Shown: positions 40,852 to 56,029 of the stretch, piece by piece
How positions within the stretch are numbered: the stretch's first letter is position 1
How the letters are laid out: each line of letters begins with the position of its first letter
From: Eledone cirrhosa
Lineage: Eukaryota
Assembly (NCBI GenBank): GCA_964016885.1
Contig: OZ024742.1
Location: forward strand, 328,600,001-328,664,000
Length of the DNA: 64,000 nt
Reading direction: 5' to 3'
Translations under genes and position numbers: made by a program
The notes under the pieces: model-generated
The model's database searches: none
Told to the model about the DNA's origin: nothing
Seen by the model: the letters and a program-made list of their open reading frames with translations, nothing else

Positions 40852-40893
40852 ACCACTGACGATGTTGCAGATGTGCAACGAAAGATCTTTGAT
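40852..40893 (+). ncRNA. Minimal hammerhead in PLE-B 3' pLTR
   Basis: CTGACGA-T-GTTGCA-gatg-TGCAAC-GAAA-GATC-TT; palindromic GATC loop 3. Confidence 0.8.
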
Positions 40894-41193
40894 AGACTAT
40901 ATATATGTGTTTGTGTCTATATTGTATCTGTATTTTTGACCGTTGGTCAGTCAATGGCAACATTGAGGACCGAATAAATTAAATTAACCGATATAAAAGT
41001 CACAGAAGCGAAAAGCGAAAACCAACCAAACAGTGAGTGTGTTCTGTTATTAATTCTGGAAATATTATACAAATATGACCCTCCCCAAGTATAACAATAT
41101 TTGTTTCGACACACGATTTCATATCAAAAACCTCGCAAAACTATATATATATATATATATTAGAAAATGTGTGAGATCCTTGGTACAGTTAGG

Positions 41194-41337
41194 TATATTT
41201 GAAAAAAAGGAAAATAATGACTTCACTTGTAGTTCTAAACAAATTCATTTAATTTTATAATATTATAGTATTATAAAATTAAATCAATTTATTTAGAACT
41301 ACAAGTTAAGTCATTCTTCTTATTTTTTTCAAATATA
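41194..41337. repeat. AT-rich imperfect palindrome
   Basis: TATATTTGAAAAAAA..CTTGTAGTTCTAAA pairs with TTTAGAACTACAAG..TTTTTTTCAAATATA. Confidence 0.75.
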
Positions 41338-41487
41338 TATATATGAGGATCCGCTAAGCTGAAACAATTGATCTCGGTATGCTGAACTAACTGTTGTGTA
41401 ACCACTTCTACCTAACTGGTCCCTTGGACTGAGTGCTCTACCACTACGTATATTACCTTCCTGTGTTCCACCACTATATATATATAT

Positions 41488-41855
41488 ATTAGGATTGGTT
41501 CTCTGAAATAGCGATGTATATATGAATGTATGTATAGTATGTTTGGCAATATACCGTATGTTTAATTAAAAGCATTCTGAAGACCACACGCTATCGGTTT
41601 TAAAGTAGTGACTATCTCACTTACTTCTTTTCGGCGAAAGAAGGGAGAGAAGCTAACAGTCTGTTTCACGCTTTTTGGCGATCATCAGTGCCACGCACTC
41701 CCTGCTCCCGCCGAAAATTAAAGAAGCTGGATTCTTATAGAATTCCAGTAATAATCGGGAGCTGATTATAGAGAGCGATTGCCGGTCCAGCAAAAATTAG
41801 GTATTAGGATTGGTGCTCCGAAATAGCGATGGATACACTCGCAATATACCGTATG

Positions 41856-41862
<7 letters not shown>
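41488..41862 (-). mobile_element. Family X element: one ~315-bp unit plus a partial second, hammerhead at 41650-41693
   Basis: TAGGATTGGT..GAAATAGCGATG at 41490 and 41805. The minus strand reads CTGATGA-T-CGC-caaaaa-GCG-T-GAAA-CAGACTG-TT. Confidence 0.85.
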
Positions 41863-41904
<42 letters not shown>

Positions 41905-42204
41905 TTTGGTCGTTTTGGAAGCCTCAACAATGCAGATGGGTAATTCTCCGGGTAACTGGAATCGGTGGTGAAGAGAGAGATGTAAGGGAGTGTAGAATGA
42001 GATGTAAAGTGTGTAGAGGAATGTAGGAAAGAGCGTAAAAAATAAAAACAATAACACGAGATAGAGTTACCTTGGGAGAGATATAATTGTCCCTATATAT
42101 CGGATTCGCATCCATCAACTGGGGTTTTTTTCCGGGGTTGGGGTGGGGGTGGGGGGTTATCTGTCGGAGAGGAATGGAACATGTCCTCTGTTTTGGCTGT
42201 TTGT

Positions 42205-43110
42205 GTCTAATTGAGGTATTAGGCCAGCAATTATCCCACTTGATTACCGGTGCTTTATGTTATCGACCCCGTAAGGATGAAAGCCAAAGTTAACCCTAGC
42301 GGGATTTGAACTCACACGGCAAAGGGCTGTAACTCTATGCTGCAAAGCTATCGCGCTTAAGATTTCCTCCAATAAGATTGAGAAGGCAAATTATTTGTTA
42401 TATATTGGAGTTCAATATAATTGACTGCAGCCCTCCCTCAGGTCTTGCGGCTCTGCTAGAAAAGATTATTTGGCGAAATCTACCGAAATATTTAGCGACC
42501 GATGTTCGGAAGAATGACATGCTCTCAATGTCAGGAATAACATTTTATAGAACTGTCTTATACATAAAGCAGAATCGGTAGAGCGTCGGACACCATGCTT
42601 AACAGCATAAAGTTACCGCCCTTTATGTTCTGAGTTCAAATCACACCGATGTTATAGCTTTGCCTTTCATCCTTACGGAGTCGATAAAATAAAGTACCAG
42701 TAACACACTGGGGTCGATTTAATCAACATTCCCACTCCCCAACCCCCCAAAAAATTGTTGGCCTTGTGCCAGAATAAGAAACCATTATATAGAACTGGCT
42801 TATACATAAATCCTTACATTATTTAGTTCGGTAGAAGGTCGGACGCCATGCTTTGACGCATGGTATTACGGCCCTTGTCATTCTGAGTTCAAATCCAGCC
42901 GAGGTTAACTTTGCCTTTCATCCTTACGGGGTCGATAAAATAAAGAACCGGTAATGCACTGGGGTAATTGCTGGCCTTGTGCCAAACGCAGAAACAATTA
43001 TTTAGTTTCATTAACTTTGCCTTTCATCCTTACGGGGTCGATAAAATAAAGTACCAGTAATGTACTGGGGTATTGCTGGCCTTGTGCCAAAAGTAGAAAC
43101 AATTATTTAG
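42205..43110. mobile_element. Cluster of SINEs (same family as 6.6-7.2 kb): one minus copy at 42205-42350 and three plus copies at 42570-43110
   Basis: CTTTGCCTTTCATCCTTACGGGGTCGATAAAATAAAG core. Further copies at 1-55, 44340-44735, 48350-48550, 49385-49530, 53930-54130 and 56248-56345. Confidence 0.8.
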
Positions 43111-43433
43111 TTTCATCTCCTTACAATCTGAATTCTAATTCTAACAATGTTGATATTTGCTTTGGAGTAGAAACGATAAATGACCATAGCATAGACATAT
43201 TACTTATTCCATTATCATTATTTACTTTCCGTGATGTAGTGCACTCCGCCCCGACCCATGGGTGGTTCCAGTAACATATCAATTTTTCTTTAAGAAATTG
43301 CGAGCACCTCGCTGAACCTTTCTCCCTTTCCAAAGAAACCGATAGTGTGTGCCTTTCCACTACCTTATCTGTAGTGTAGAGTAATCGAGACCGACAGAGA
43401 GAGGAAGAATAGAGAAGAAAAACCAGCAGCAGC

Positions 43434-43464
<31 letters not shown>

Positions 43465-43526
43465 GAATCACTAGCCTCCTAATTTATATATCTATTATAT
43501 ATATGTGTGTGTGTGTGTATATATAT

Positions 43527-43612
<86 letters not shown>

Positions 43613-44019
43613 TAAAGATATATATATGTATATATATAGAGAGAGAGAGAGAGACAGAGAGAGAAAGCGAGATCCATAGATATTATATCACGTACGCTCG
43701 GGTCTCAAAATCACCCCCAACCCCCTTCTGCTGGTTAATTTTTCAGATATTTTCCACCACCTCCTTTCTCTTACTGCATCCTACAATCACATGGTTCTGG
43801 TTTTTAAAAAAAGGGTCAGCCTAGAAAAATTACCGATTTTCCAACCCCCTCCCTTATCTTCTACCCCCAACCTTTATTATTTGGGCTCCGAGAGTAGAGG
43901 ATTAAGGAAACAATATAGACGGTAATAGTAGTAGTGTGGATGTCGATTTTAGTAGTTGTGTTACTGTATTTGTGGTGTTGGTCTTATTGTTGGTGATTGT
44001 GTTGGTGTTGGTGGAATGA

Positions 44020-44240
44020 TGTGGTACTTTTGGTGCTGCTGGGGGGCTGTGGTACTATTGATGTTGATGGAGTGATGTGGTACTGTTGGTGTTGGTGGAG
44101 TGATGTGGTACTGTTGGTGTTGGTGGAGTGATGTGGTACTGTTGGTGTAGGTGGAGTGATGTGGTACTGTTGGTGTTGGTGGAGTGATGTGGTACTATTG
44201 GTGTTGGTGTAGGTGGAGTGATGTGGTACTGTTGGTGTAA
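44020..44240. repeat. ~27-bp minisatellite
   Basis: GGTGGAGTGATGTGGTACTGTTGGTGT(T) repeated about 6-7 times. Confidence 0.85.
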
Positions 44241-44824
44241 AGCATAGTGCTGGTGATATATGGTTTTCGATATTGCCAATAAAAACAAAAGCAACATCAA
44301 CACAAAAATTATCACGTATGTGACCTACACTCATTACATAGCATATTTACATTCTGAGTTCAAATCCCGCCGAGGTTAGCTTTACCTTTCATCCTTACAC
44401 GCTCGATAAAATAAATCACTAGTAATGCACTAGGGTCGATTTAATCGACTTTTCCCTCTCCGTAAATTGCTGGGCTTGTGCCTATAGAATAAACCATTAT
44501 TACCGTCCACCAGGGCAGTGGATTGGCAGTAGCTGTAGAACGTCGGATAACATAATTTGCACTATATAGTTACGAACCTTTACGATCTGAGTTCAAATAC
44601 CAGCGAGGTTAACTTTGATTTTCACCCTTACGCGGTCGATAAAATAAAGTACTAGTTACACACTGGGGTCCATTTAATCGTCTTTCTCCCTCAACCTATA
44701 AATTGCTGGCCTTGTGCCAACTGTAGAAACAATTAGTACCACACACACATCCTCTCTATCATCACCAATAGCAATAATAACAACGATAACAACAACAAAC
44801 AACACCCTCAACACAATCACTGTC

Positions 44825-45240
44825 ACCACCTTTACTACCATCTCTACAACCAACACCTCGACCACCATCACCACCAATAACACTACCACTATCACCACAA
44901 CCACCAACACCACCTTTACTACCATCTCTACAACCAACACCTCGACCACCATCACCACCACTAACACTACCACTATCACCACAACCACCAACACCACCTT
45001 TACTACCATCTCTACAACCAACACCTCGACCACCAACACCACCACTAACACTACCACTATCACCACAACCACCAACACCACCTTTACCACCATCTCTACT
45101 ACCAACACATCGACCACCAACACCACCACTAACACTACCACTATCACCACAACCACCAACACCACATTTACCACCATCTCTACAACTAACACCACCACCA
45201 CTAACACTACCACTATCACCACAACCTCCAACACCACCAC
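44825..45240. repeat. 84-bp minisatellite (5 units) inside an (ACC)-rich tract extending to ~46180
   Basis: TTT anchor at 44831, 44915, 44999, 45083 and 45167. Confidence 0.9.
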
Positions 45241-47430
45241 CATCGCCACCACCATCACTGCCACCACCATCACCACCATTAACACTACCGCTATCAGCAC
45301 AACCAACATCACCACCACCGTCACCCCTTATACTAACACCATCACCACAACCACACCAACACCGCCACCATCGCCACCACCATCACCAACACCATCACAC
45401 CACCAACACCACCACCATCACCACCACCATCACCAACACCATCACCACCACCAACACGATCACCATCGCCACCACCATCACTGCCACCACTAACACGACC
45501 ACTAACACCACAACCAACATCACCACCACCATCACCACTAACACTACCACTATCATCACAACCACCAACACCGCCACCATCATCACCAACACCATCACCA
45601 ACCCCAACACCACCACTATCGCTGCTCCCACAATCACCACCAACACTACCACTACCACAAGCAACAACACCACCAAACCACTACAAATATAACCATCATC
45701 TTTGCTACCTAACAACCGTCATCAACACCACAATCACCATCACCACCACCCTCATCACTACCACTATCACTAAATCGCAACTACCACCAACACCACTGCC
45801 ATCACTACCACCATGACCAACACAATGAACACCACCATCACCTCTATCATAACACCATCACTGACATTACCGCCACCCCAACTAGAACCACCAACAACAG
45901 TACAACTAGTTCCAACACCACCACCGTCGTCACTTCTACCACAACCAGCTACGTTGTCATTATTACCACTACCACAACACCCAGCACCAACACTACTACT
46001 ACCACCATCACCGACATAACCGCCACCTCAACTAGAACCACCAACAACAGTACAACTAGTTCCAACACCACCACCATCATCACTTCTACCACAACCAGCA
46101 ACGCCACCACTAGAATCATTACTACAACCAGTATCACATCACAGCCACCACCATCAGCTCTATCGCCATCACTACTATCGATATCGACACGTTTCCTATA
46201 TTGACAACATGCATGAGACAATTTAAGATCAATAACAGTATTTTGTGTTGTTTAAATTCTTAATAACAAAACAATTATTTGTAAATCATATTCAAATCTG
46301 AATCGAACTCCGAGTGCAAAATTCAGGGAGCCGCGTCGTTAACAACATTCACAAAATGGGTCAAAATTAAAGGGTAGATTTTTCAAGGGAAGTAACTAAA
46401 TATTTGGTCATTTGGGTTATTTCCCTTCGCCTACAAAACATCTATAATATTTCGACACTATTTATAACGAAAGATGCATATCAACATATCAACACATTTT
46501 GACAGTCCGGTGTTACTTTTGAACTGACCGTTGTGACTTATAATAAAAATAGCTGTATATAATATCTGTGACTAAATATTAAGTATTGCTTGACCCAAGC
46601 CCTCTCCTTGCCATTAACGCCAATTTAGCAGCAATTGTTAAATAATCACAGTTTTATATATACAGGCGGTTCCCCCAAAATGTATACACACTTTGATTAT
46701 CCGACTGGTGAATTGCGTATATATTTTTTATATATTATTGTATATATTATTTGTATAATTAAATCAAATGTATAAGATCATGTGATCGATAAATAAATCG
46801 CGTAGCGGGGTTGTAGAAATACCAAAGGTGATGGAGATGGTTATATCGTGTTATGACATGTTACAATCACTTGGCGTTGGTGAGTTTAGACAGTGTATTG
46901 GAAAATATACAATTTTCTAAATATAGACAGGATGAGAAGTAAAAACGACGAGATGCTTAACTGTAAATTGAAATCATTTTATCTGGTAAAATATATCGCA
47001 TTACTGAGAGAAAGAGGCGTACATTGTAGAGCAATTTAAGGGCGTTCAATATTCATGCACAGGTGATGACAAAATGAAAATACTAGAGCATGTCTTTGAC
47101 TAAGTACCAGGCATTGACTCAGACTTTCCATTCTGTGACGGTCGCCATTGAGAATTCCACCGTACTCGATTGCCGGACTGCTATTTCCCTCTACTAAATC
47201 GGAACGGGGTTACGAGGCGCGAGCCACATCATTTGAAATGGCTGATGCAGCTGGTATCGCTGGCTTTTCTTTACGACACTGTTTTTGTTATCTGCTCTCC
47301 GTGACGCAACTACTATCCAACCAAGGGTGTTGTTGCATCCCACTCCTCTCCCCCTCTATATCACTCACTGTCTCTCCGCCGTCTATTTCTCATTCTCCCA
47401 CTCTCTCTCTCTCTTTCTCCCTCTCACTAT

Positions 47431-47467
<37 letters not shown>

Positions 47468-47481
47468 CATATATATATAAA

Positions 47482-47830
47482 CGGAAAAAATGAAACGAAA
47501 TTTCATTTCCCACTCTTAGTACGGCTGTTACTTAAATATAAGTATGTACACGTACATACATATATGTATACAGACGTACAGTAGTATGTATATATATATA
47601 TACATACATGCACACATATATATATATATATATGTACGTATGGATTCACCGAACATTTATTTTAATGCTCGGTGTGTTTGTAAACAAACATCCCGTATTA
47701 AGCCGTAGTGTCTAGCAACCAACGTTGCTCGTTTGTACAACACTGACAAAGGAACGCTGTACTAGTTTCAAGCTTATTAGCTATCGTCAGCAACGTATAC
47801 ATTCCTGCCAGATTGTTGAACGTATATACT
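47482..47830 (-). mobile_element. Non-autonomous hammerhead element family Y
   Basis: Reverse complement of 50755-51070; flanked by (TA)n. Confidence 0.8.
47754..47796 (-). ncRNA. Minimal type I hammerhead, family Y (complete)
   Basis: acgttg-CTGACGA-T-AGCT-aata-AGCT-T-GAAA-CTAG-TA-cagcgt. Confidence 0.88.
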
Positions 47831-48099
47831 TACTTCTGAGTCCAGAATTAGCCGTCGAAACGGCTTGAGCTCAGCCGTCGAGGTCCTACTCGTTCCTATT
47901 ACCCACTCTACTACCCTAAGTATTGATTACTTTGGTGCGTTATGGTCCACCTGGTTCCTTACCACATTTCCTTCGTTATATATATATATATATATATAAT
48001 GTATTTTCAGAATTCCCCTTTCTTGTAATTCACATAAATGGTGAATCAGTGAGGAGTACCCCGCGAAGAAAGACATCAACTTCACTACTCACTTTGCAT

Positions 48100-48340
48100 T
48101 CAGTTCCACACTGAACGCACTCTGGTACACAGTTTCACGTGTGATATTCCACCTGCAGGTTATGTGCCAAAGTATAGGCCAACTGCAAATGCTCATCCAA
48201 TTGCTTCCAATGCACAAAGCCACTGGCCTTGACAATGTATTTTCCATTATACTCAAACAATGTATCTCAGACCTTCACTCTATACTCATCACTATTTCTC
48301 AATCTCTGATGAAAGCCACTGGCAAGGATATTTCATAAGC
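48100..48340 (+). mobile_element. Degenerate LINE (CR1/Jockey-like) pre-RT fragment
   Basis: LLPMHKATGLDNVFSIILKQCISDL resembles the KA.G.D motif. Confidence 0.55.
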
Positions 48341-50184
48341 AAGATGCGGTATTTGAACACTAAAAGCACTGTGTGAGATCAAATATCGCAAAGCCTCTTG
48401 TCCTAATCTCTATATGTACTGCCAATCCATGACGCTTTAGATTTGTTATTTATTCATCCACCGCGAAAGGATGAAAGTTGACCACAGCGGCATTTGAACT
48501 TGAAATGCATTTAATCCGACTTTCTGACGACTCTTTTAATTTGTCGCTTAGGTGAGAAAGAAACTTGAAGTGATTAAGTACTCTGATGCGAGTAGACAAC
48601 CTAAATCATTAGACCTATGCAAACTATCAAACTTGAAACTTCTCTCCGGTCAAGTCTGTCAGAATGAATTATATCAAGCGCCATGAACGTTGTACCATGT
48701 AATGTATAATCTAGAGTCACTTTACTCAAATATTAAACCTATGATAGATTCAACTAAAGAACTCTCTTCGCATTACGGTTTCTATTCATGTCTGCCTTAA
48801 TACACTACGCATTAAGCGGGATTAGCAAGCAATGTACCATGAAAATATTAATTTATACGAGAATACCCTGTACATTCATAATGAATTGCGAAAACTTACT
48901 AATAAACATAAGACACATTCAACTCTGGAATTCATAGAGACATCCACCTAAATATGTTGCAATCGAACATCAACTGACTTATATCATTAGCCAGATGTCA
49001 CTCGTGCTACAACATTAATTGACCAGACAGCTATATCTAATATAAAGGATTTTCAAAGAAATGCAGCTTGATCATAGAAATTATATACTAAGCTATGTTT
49101 ACCTGTATATCAGGCTAGTTCATCAGTAAATACAAAACTAACGTCAAGTTTGGTTCCATGACAAACGAGCTTTTAAATTCATGAGATTATATTTTTAAGT
49201 TACGTAATTTAATACATCAGAATACAAACACTAGTTTATTGAAGCAAGATCTATCTATCTATGGTCCCTTAAAACTGGTCAAAGTCGTATGAACGCAGTC
49301 ATGACTTGCGATTTATCATCCTATTTGTCTGAACACAGCCGAGAAAAAAACCAAGAGTGTGAATGAGAGGAAGTGAGAGAGATATATTGGGAAAATCATC
49401 ACGAGTTATGTATTTATCAACCTCGAAAAGATGAAAAGTACAATTCAGCTCAGTGTGTATTTGAACTCAGAACACTGGACGCCGGAAGGTGTACCATTAA
49501 TCAATATCAACGACATAGTTAGGAATCTGGCATTTCTTTGACTAGAAGATGATCCTGTGAATGACACAAACGAAAAAATACAATGTCTGAGAGTGAAATC
49601 AGTTGAGTAAAAACATCAGCAACATAAATCTTATTAATTAATCAACGTTAATCGTCTCACCTGCAAGCTCTTCCGCTATCCAGAATTTGCATGGATTTTT
49701 TCTGGATCTCCATAAAAAAAAGGAAGATCGATTTTGCAACTCAGTTCGTAGTAATCTGACTGAACATAAAAGATCTCTAAGGCGTGATAGTGTTATTAAG
49801 AAACATGCTTCACAGTTATGTAGTGTCGGGTAGCAATCTCGCAGCTCAGCACCAATGGCCAGTGTCGACTATTATGGCTAAAATAGTCTCGAGTCGACAA
49901 AAATCTAGTGAATAAAATTTCGTCTGCAGAATATGAGGAAGCGTGTTATATAAATATATGTAAATAAGGCAGTCGATTACCGCCCCCTATATTTTACGTT
50001 TTGATGTGGTAGCTAAGTATATGTTATGTTTATACCATTACTTATTTGCATAGGTAAGTGTATATTACCTGTATGTTTTGTGAAGGGAACGTTTCCACGA
50101 ACCAAAGTATCGTCTTCCTGTCTTCCTCCGGTTGCAACGTTTTTTGAAATATCCACTTCTGCGTTTACAGATTGACTTTGTTAG

Positions 50185-50340
50185 TTTCAGAAGATCCAGT
50201 TAAGGGTGAAAGCAGCGATTCTTTTCTTAAACTTTAATCAGTTATTTTAATAAATATTTGCTCTACGGTTCTTATATATTTGATATATATTTATCCTTAT
50301 CGAGCCCTCTTTGGATTTTAGTCTTTAAATTTATTATTAT
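50185..50340 (+). mobile_element. Second copy of the 10.9-kb element (decayed hammerhead CAGAAGA-T-CCA..GGG-T-GAAA)
   Basis: Homology to 10881-11016. Confidence 0.65.
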
Positions 50341-50399
<59 letters not shown>

Positions 50400-50402
<3 letters not shown>

Positions 50403-51065
50403 GTACATAAATATATGTATACAGACGTACAGTAGTATGTATATATATACATACAAACACACATATATATATGCACGAATCGGTTTACCGAACATTTATT
50501 ATAATGCTCGAATTGTTTGTTTGTAAACAAACAAACAGCCCGAATTACGCCGTACAGTGTTTAGGCAACCACGTCACCTTTTTGTTTTTTGTTCAACACT
50601 GACTTAAGTAAGTGCCGTACTAAGAGTGAGAAATGAAATTTCGTTTCATTCTATTCCATTTATCGTTTTCGGTGCGCCCGGCTGACTGAACTTACTCGAT
50701 ATGCAAATTAGGCTGCTCAGCCGTTAATATGCATAAGGAAAATATATACTTTCAGACGTTCAACCATCTGACAGGAAGGTATACGATGCTGAAAATAGCT
50801 AATAAGCTTGAAACTAGTACATCGTTCCTCTGTCAGTGTTGAACAAAAAGGTGACGTGGTTGCCTAAACATTGTACGGCGTAAAAACCGGGCATTATAAT
50901 AAATGTTCGGTAAACCGATACGTTCATATATATATGTGTGCATGTATGTATATATATATACATACAACTGTACGTATGTATACATATATGAATGTACGTA
51001 TACATACATACTTACATTTAAGTAAGTGCCGTGCTAAGAGTGAGAAAGGAAATTTCGTTTCATTC

Positions 51066-51070
<5 letters not shown>
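50400..51070 (+). mobile_element. Family Y element: inverted arm (50400-50603), then a ~413-bp unit with a terminal direct repeat
   Basis: TTAAGTAAGTGCCGT..CATTCTATTC at 50604-50656 and 51018-51070. Confidence 0.85.
50783..50825 (+). ncRNA. Hammerhead, family Y (G8 to A core change)
   Basis: acgatg-CTGAAAA-T-AGCT-aata-AGCT-T-GAAA-CTAG-TA-catcgt. Confidence 0.75.
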
Positions 51071-51139
<69 letters not shown>

Positions 51140-51149
51140 ATATATATAT

Positions 51150-51952
<803 letters not shown>

Positions 51953-51994
51953 AGTTTGTGTGAGTATATATATATATGTATATATGTATATATG

Positions 51995-52077
<83 letters not shown>

Positions 52078-52398
52078 ATGTAGTATATACAGGACACTCA
52101 TTCTCTCAGAACACGCGTATCATATACCTGTGTGCGTGTGTTGAGCAGATTTGAGCGTGTGTGACTGTACAAATGTGTATGTACATATAACTGTAGTGTG
52201 TGTACGTAGAAGCGACAATAATGCAGCATCAAAATTTAATTATAGTTTAAAGACACTTGAGAATTCTACATTCAAAACGATATTTAGCCATTAAATATTG
52301 AGTTAAATCTCTCGAGATTAAGGAGGAATGTAATAAATTACTGGGAGGTATATAAGCAAAAAGCATTAGTATTAAGAGTATACGTACATATACATACA

Positions 52399-52462
<64 letters not shown>

Positions 52463-53129
52463 CTGACAGACATAGAGACGCAGATATACGTGCACATAGA
52501 CGCGCACACACACACTCTCACACACACATACACACACACGCACGCACACACACATATATATATATATATGAAACACACACATATATATATGAACACACAC
52601 ATACATATTCACTTCATATATATATATGTGTGTGTGATTTTGTTTCTGTGTGAGTGTATGTATATATGTATAGATAGCTAGAGAGGTAGATAGATAGTGG
52701 TAGGGGGAGAGAGAGATTAGGGGGAGAGGGGGGGGGGGGGCAGAGAATGAGAAAGAGGATGGACGAGATGAAAACAGATACTGTGACAGAAAAAGAAAAA
52801 TGTGTATACGTTTGAGTGGGTGAATGATTTATGAAGAATTCAATATTGTAATTGATTATCGATATATCTAAGAATCAACTGAACGTCTCTAACACAAAAA
52901 TGGCGATTAATCTCAAAATCTAACAGGAGTGTAATCTTATGTAAAATATTTGTCATTTTATTGCTGGATTAAGTGTAATAATTGTAGGAGCTGGTGCAGT
53001 AATGCACCAGCTTTAGCATCCGGTAATCAGAATGGGGGTAAGTGTAAAAGCTAAACTCACTATATTCACTTCAGTATTCGTTCCAACCTCTGGTCATTAA
53101 TTTTGGGCAATGACCAAAAGAGTACGATG

Positions 53130-53591
53130 GCAAATACAAGCGGTCGAAATGGTATCCCTCCGAAGGGTCTTTCGTGCAAAGTTACTCGATAGAGTTCATT
53201 GCTCGGAGACCATAGAGTCACTCCAGGTAGAACCACTACTTCTCCGGTATTATGAACATGTGGTTAGAATGTCTTAGGAAATACCCTGAGACAGGTGTTA
53301 CGAGCAAAATCAACCGGTAAGAGACCCAGGGATAGTACCCAAGCAGGACGGTTGGATAACATCCATGAGCTCGGTTGGTCTCTTTGGGGATCCAGTCTGA
53401 TCAGTTGGAGCGAGTTGCTTCAGACAAGACCCGCTGAATGGAGTTTTTGAGGACTCTGTCCCCAAGATCCGCTCAGGAATATGTTGGAAATATAGAAGAA
53501 GAAGAAGAAGAAGAAGAAGAAGAAGAAGAAGAAGAAGAAGAAGAAGAAGAAGAAGAAGAAGAAGAAGAAGAAGAAGAAGAAGAAGAAGAAG
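53130..53591 (+). mobile_element. RTE LINE 3' end with (GAA)n tail
   Basis: HVVRMS..KSTGKRPRDS..LDNIHELGWS; homologous to the 32.5 kb copy. Confidence 0.75.
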
Positions 53592-54279
53592 ATTTCGAAT
53601 CTCTTGGGGTTTACCTATAGATTTTCTCGTGTGATGCTTTTAGTACTTTATTCCCTTACTGTTACCATATTCAAGTTATTTTGCCAATCATGAACACAGC
53701 TACGGATTCAAAAGAAATCACACTCAGGCATACACTATCATACCCACACCCGTACACAAACATATATAAATAAAATAATAACTGATTTGAATATTTCTGC
53801 CGTTATTTTAGTTAAATGTCTTAAACTATTTATAAATATCAACGTCCATAATTTAGGTACAATTTGTGGTTTTCCATGATACTTAAGCTTGTCTGCAAGG
53901 TAGTCCAAACTTTTGTAAATGTGTATTGTGCTCAGGTGGCGAATTGGTAATGTCGCCAGGACGATGGAATTATTTGCAGTATTATTGTGGTTATCTGCGC
54001 TCTACTTTCATAGTCTAACGATAACATCTTTACTTTTCATCCTTGCGAGGTAAATAGAGTAATTATCAGTTGAGCTCTAAGTCAATTATTCCTCTGTATC
54101 TCTTTCTCACTTCCAATTAATCGCCGAAAGAAATCAACTGTATTCCAAACCATTGTCCGAATAGGTTGCACCGGGTTTTTAAAATCATACCCCCACAATG
54201 CCTTCTCCCGTTATAGCTACCCCCCACCCCCAACCCCAATAACTCCACCAAGATTTACGTGTCCATCCATACATACGTG

Positions 54280-54740
54280 ATGTTCTCATCGACTAACTAT
54301 AGAGATGGTGTTGTCTTTGATTAAATCAAACGTAATATCTGAAAGGTTAGCTAATTTTAGGTAAGTGGTACTGGTGATATATAACTTAAATTCCTTAAAT
54401 ATTTCGATTAAAACATTTCTAAATTTTCTGATGATGTATAACATTACCAAACTATCATCTCTCAACATTCAGATGTTATATTGCTGGTTCAATGTTTGAC
54501 TGTTTATGATGAATCCTGACGAAATCCGTTGCGCCGTCACGGCAACACTTTAAGTCCATTTGAGATTTATCATCTTTATTAACAGTTCACATCGTCATGG
54601 CATGTGAGATAATTCCGTGTTAGTTATCATTGTAATATCGAGATCTTGGTTTGTATTCAAAGCATTGAATATAATGACGCTGCAGTTACATTTTCGTAGT
54701 CTTGTAATATTTGTAACTGTAAGATAGATTAGGTCGGTCA
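54280..54740 (-). mobile_element. Highly decayed RT fragment of a third, unrelated PLE-type element
   Basis: LRDDSL..IEIFKEFKLYIT..NLSDITFDL resembles the YRDDGL..NFLDVTFDL motifs. Confidence 0.55.
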
Positions 54741-55651
54741 TGAATACACTTGCTCATAACTCTCAATTCCCATGTCAAGTAGTTAATTAACATATACTTG
54801 GGATTTGAGGGGAAATTGATCTTATGGTCATTAAGGGTGATATATGTATTGTGTATAAGTAGGCACATGACGTATTTGTCTATTTTATGTGTAAGGCTAA
54901 TTCTTTTGCAATGGTGCAGTGTAAAGGCACCTGGCTTGGCAGTGAGAGTGCTGAGCTCATGGTCTGTAAATTCGATTCCCGGAACAGAGAGCGCATTGTG
55001 TCCTTGAGCCAAACATTTTATTTCACATTATTCTAATACACTATTCTGGCTCAAATAATTTGCGACGCTGGTCCCAAGCTCTATTGGGCTATGCTTTTTC
55101 CTTAGACAACATTAGTGACATGGAGATTGGAAATGTGAATGTATGGGCAACTCTTGTTCTTCTATAAAACACCTTGGCTTGGCTTGCGTCATAGAAAGGA
55201 ACTTTCTAGGTACACGTCCTTCGTCAGTCATGACAGAATTCTGCATGTTTCTAGTGGAATATGGGTTTTATGAAGGTTTGGATTGTATAAGGAAGTTTAG
55301 GTTTTGTTACGACGTTTATCTCTCTCTATAAAACATTGTGTGTATCTTTTCACTACAGCTATTGAGATATCAGCTATGAGGAATTACATAATATGTAGGT
55401 TTTAGTGGTAAATCAAATTCTATCGGAAAGAATTCAAAATGTTGTCCTCATCAAAATGTAATATCACCTTTTTAAGCAAATCCTTATTCCTTTATACATA
55501 ATATGCGTATGTTTGTATATATGCGAATTTGTGTGTGCCTATGTGTGTGTGTGTGTGCTTGTGTGTATATGTGTGTATGCTGATAAGGACATTGAATATA
55601 CAAATACATTTTCTGCATGCGTAGTGTTTATTCCTCAAGCCTATATTACAA

Positions 55652-55763
<112 letters not shown>

Positions 55764-56029
55764 TTAATTAATTCAAACGTCTGTGTAGAGCTAGTAAGCC
55801 AAATCAGAAAAGGGGTAGTGTCTTCTTACACCCAAGAAAAAAAAAACATGGCTGATAGAGATAAGTGAATATAAACATAAAAATATAAATTTAAATAACA
55901 AACATTAAATAAAATTATTTATCGATGGGTGGCAAAATATGCATAAAATATATAAAGAAAGGATAGAAAGCAAAGGAAGCTATAAAGCAGCTAGAAATTC
56001 TGATGTTAAATATTTTCGTAACCTCCATG

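Larger units (their letters stand above)
35690..41143 (+). mobile_element. PLE family B, full-length decayed copy with ~1.14-kb direct pLTRs
   Basis: 35690-36828 is duplicated at 40006-41143; the 3' end joins (TA)n. Confidence 0.95.

Noticed and set aside
41343-41375. ATGAGGATCCGCTAAGCTGAAACAATTG hammerhead-like remnant
   Set aside because: C3 and stem I are missing and stem II is poor; at most a decayed relic.
44020-45240. Regular short repeats resembling a CRISPR array
   Set aside because: No unique spacers, eukaryotic context, no cas genes; these are minisatellites.
44714-45493. Thr-rich mucin-like 259-aa ORF
   Set aside because: It starts inside a SINE tail and has no signal peptide or splice context. 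(ACC)-rich repeats lack stops by composition, and the opposite strand is equally open.
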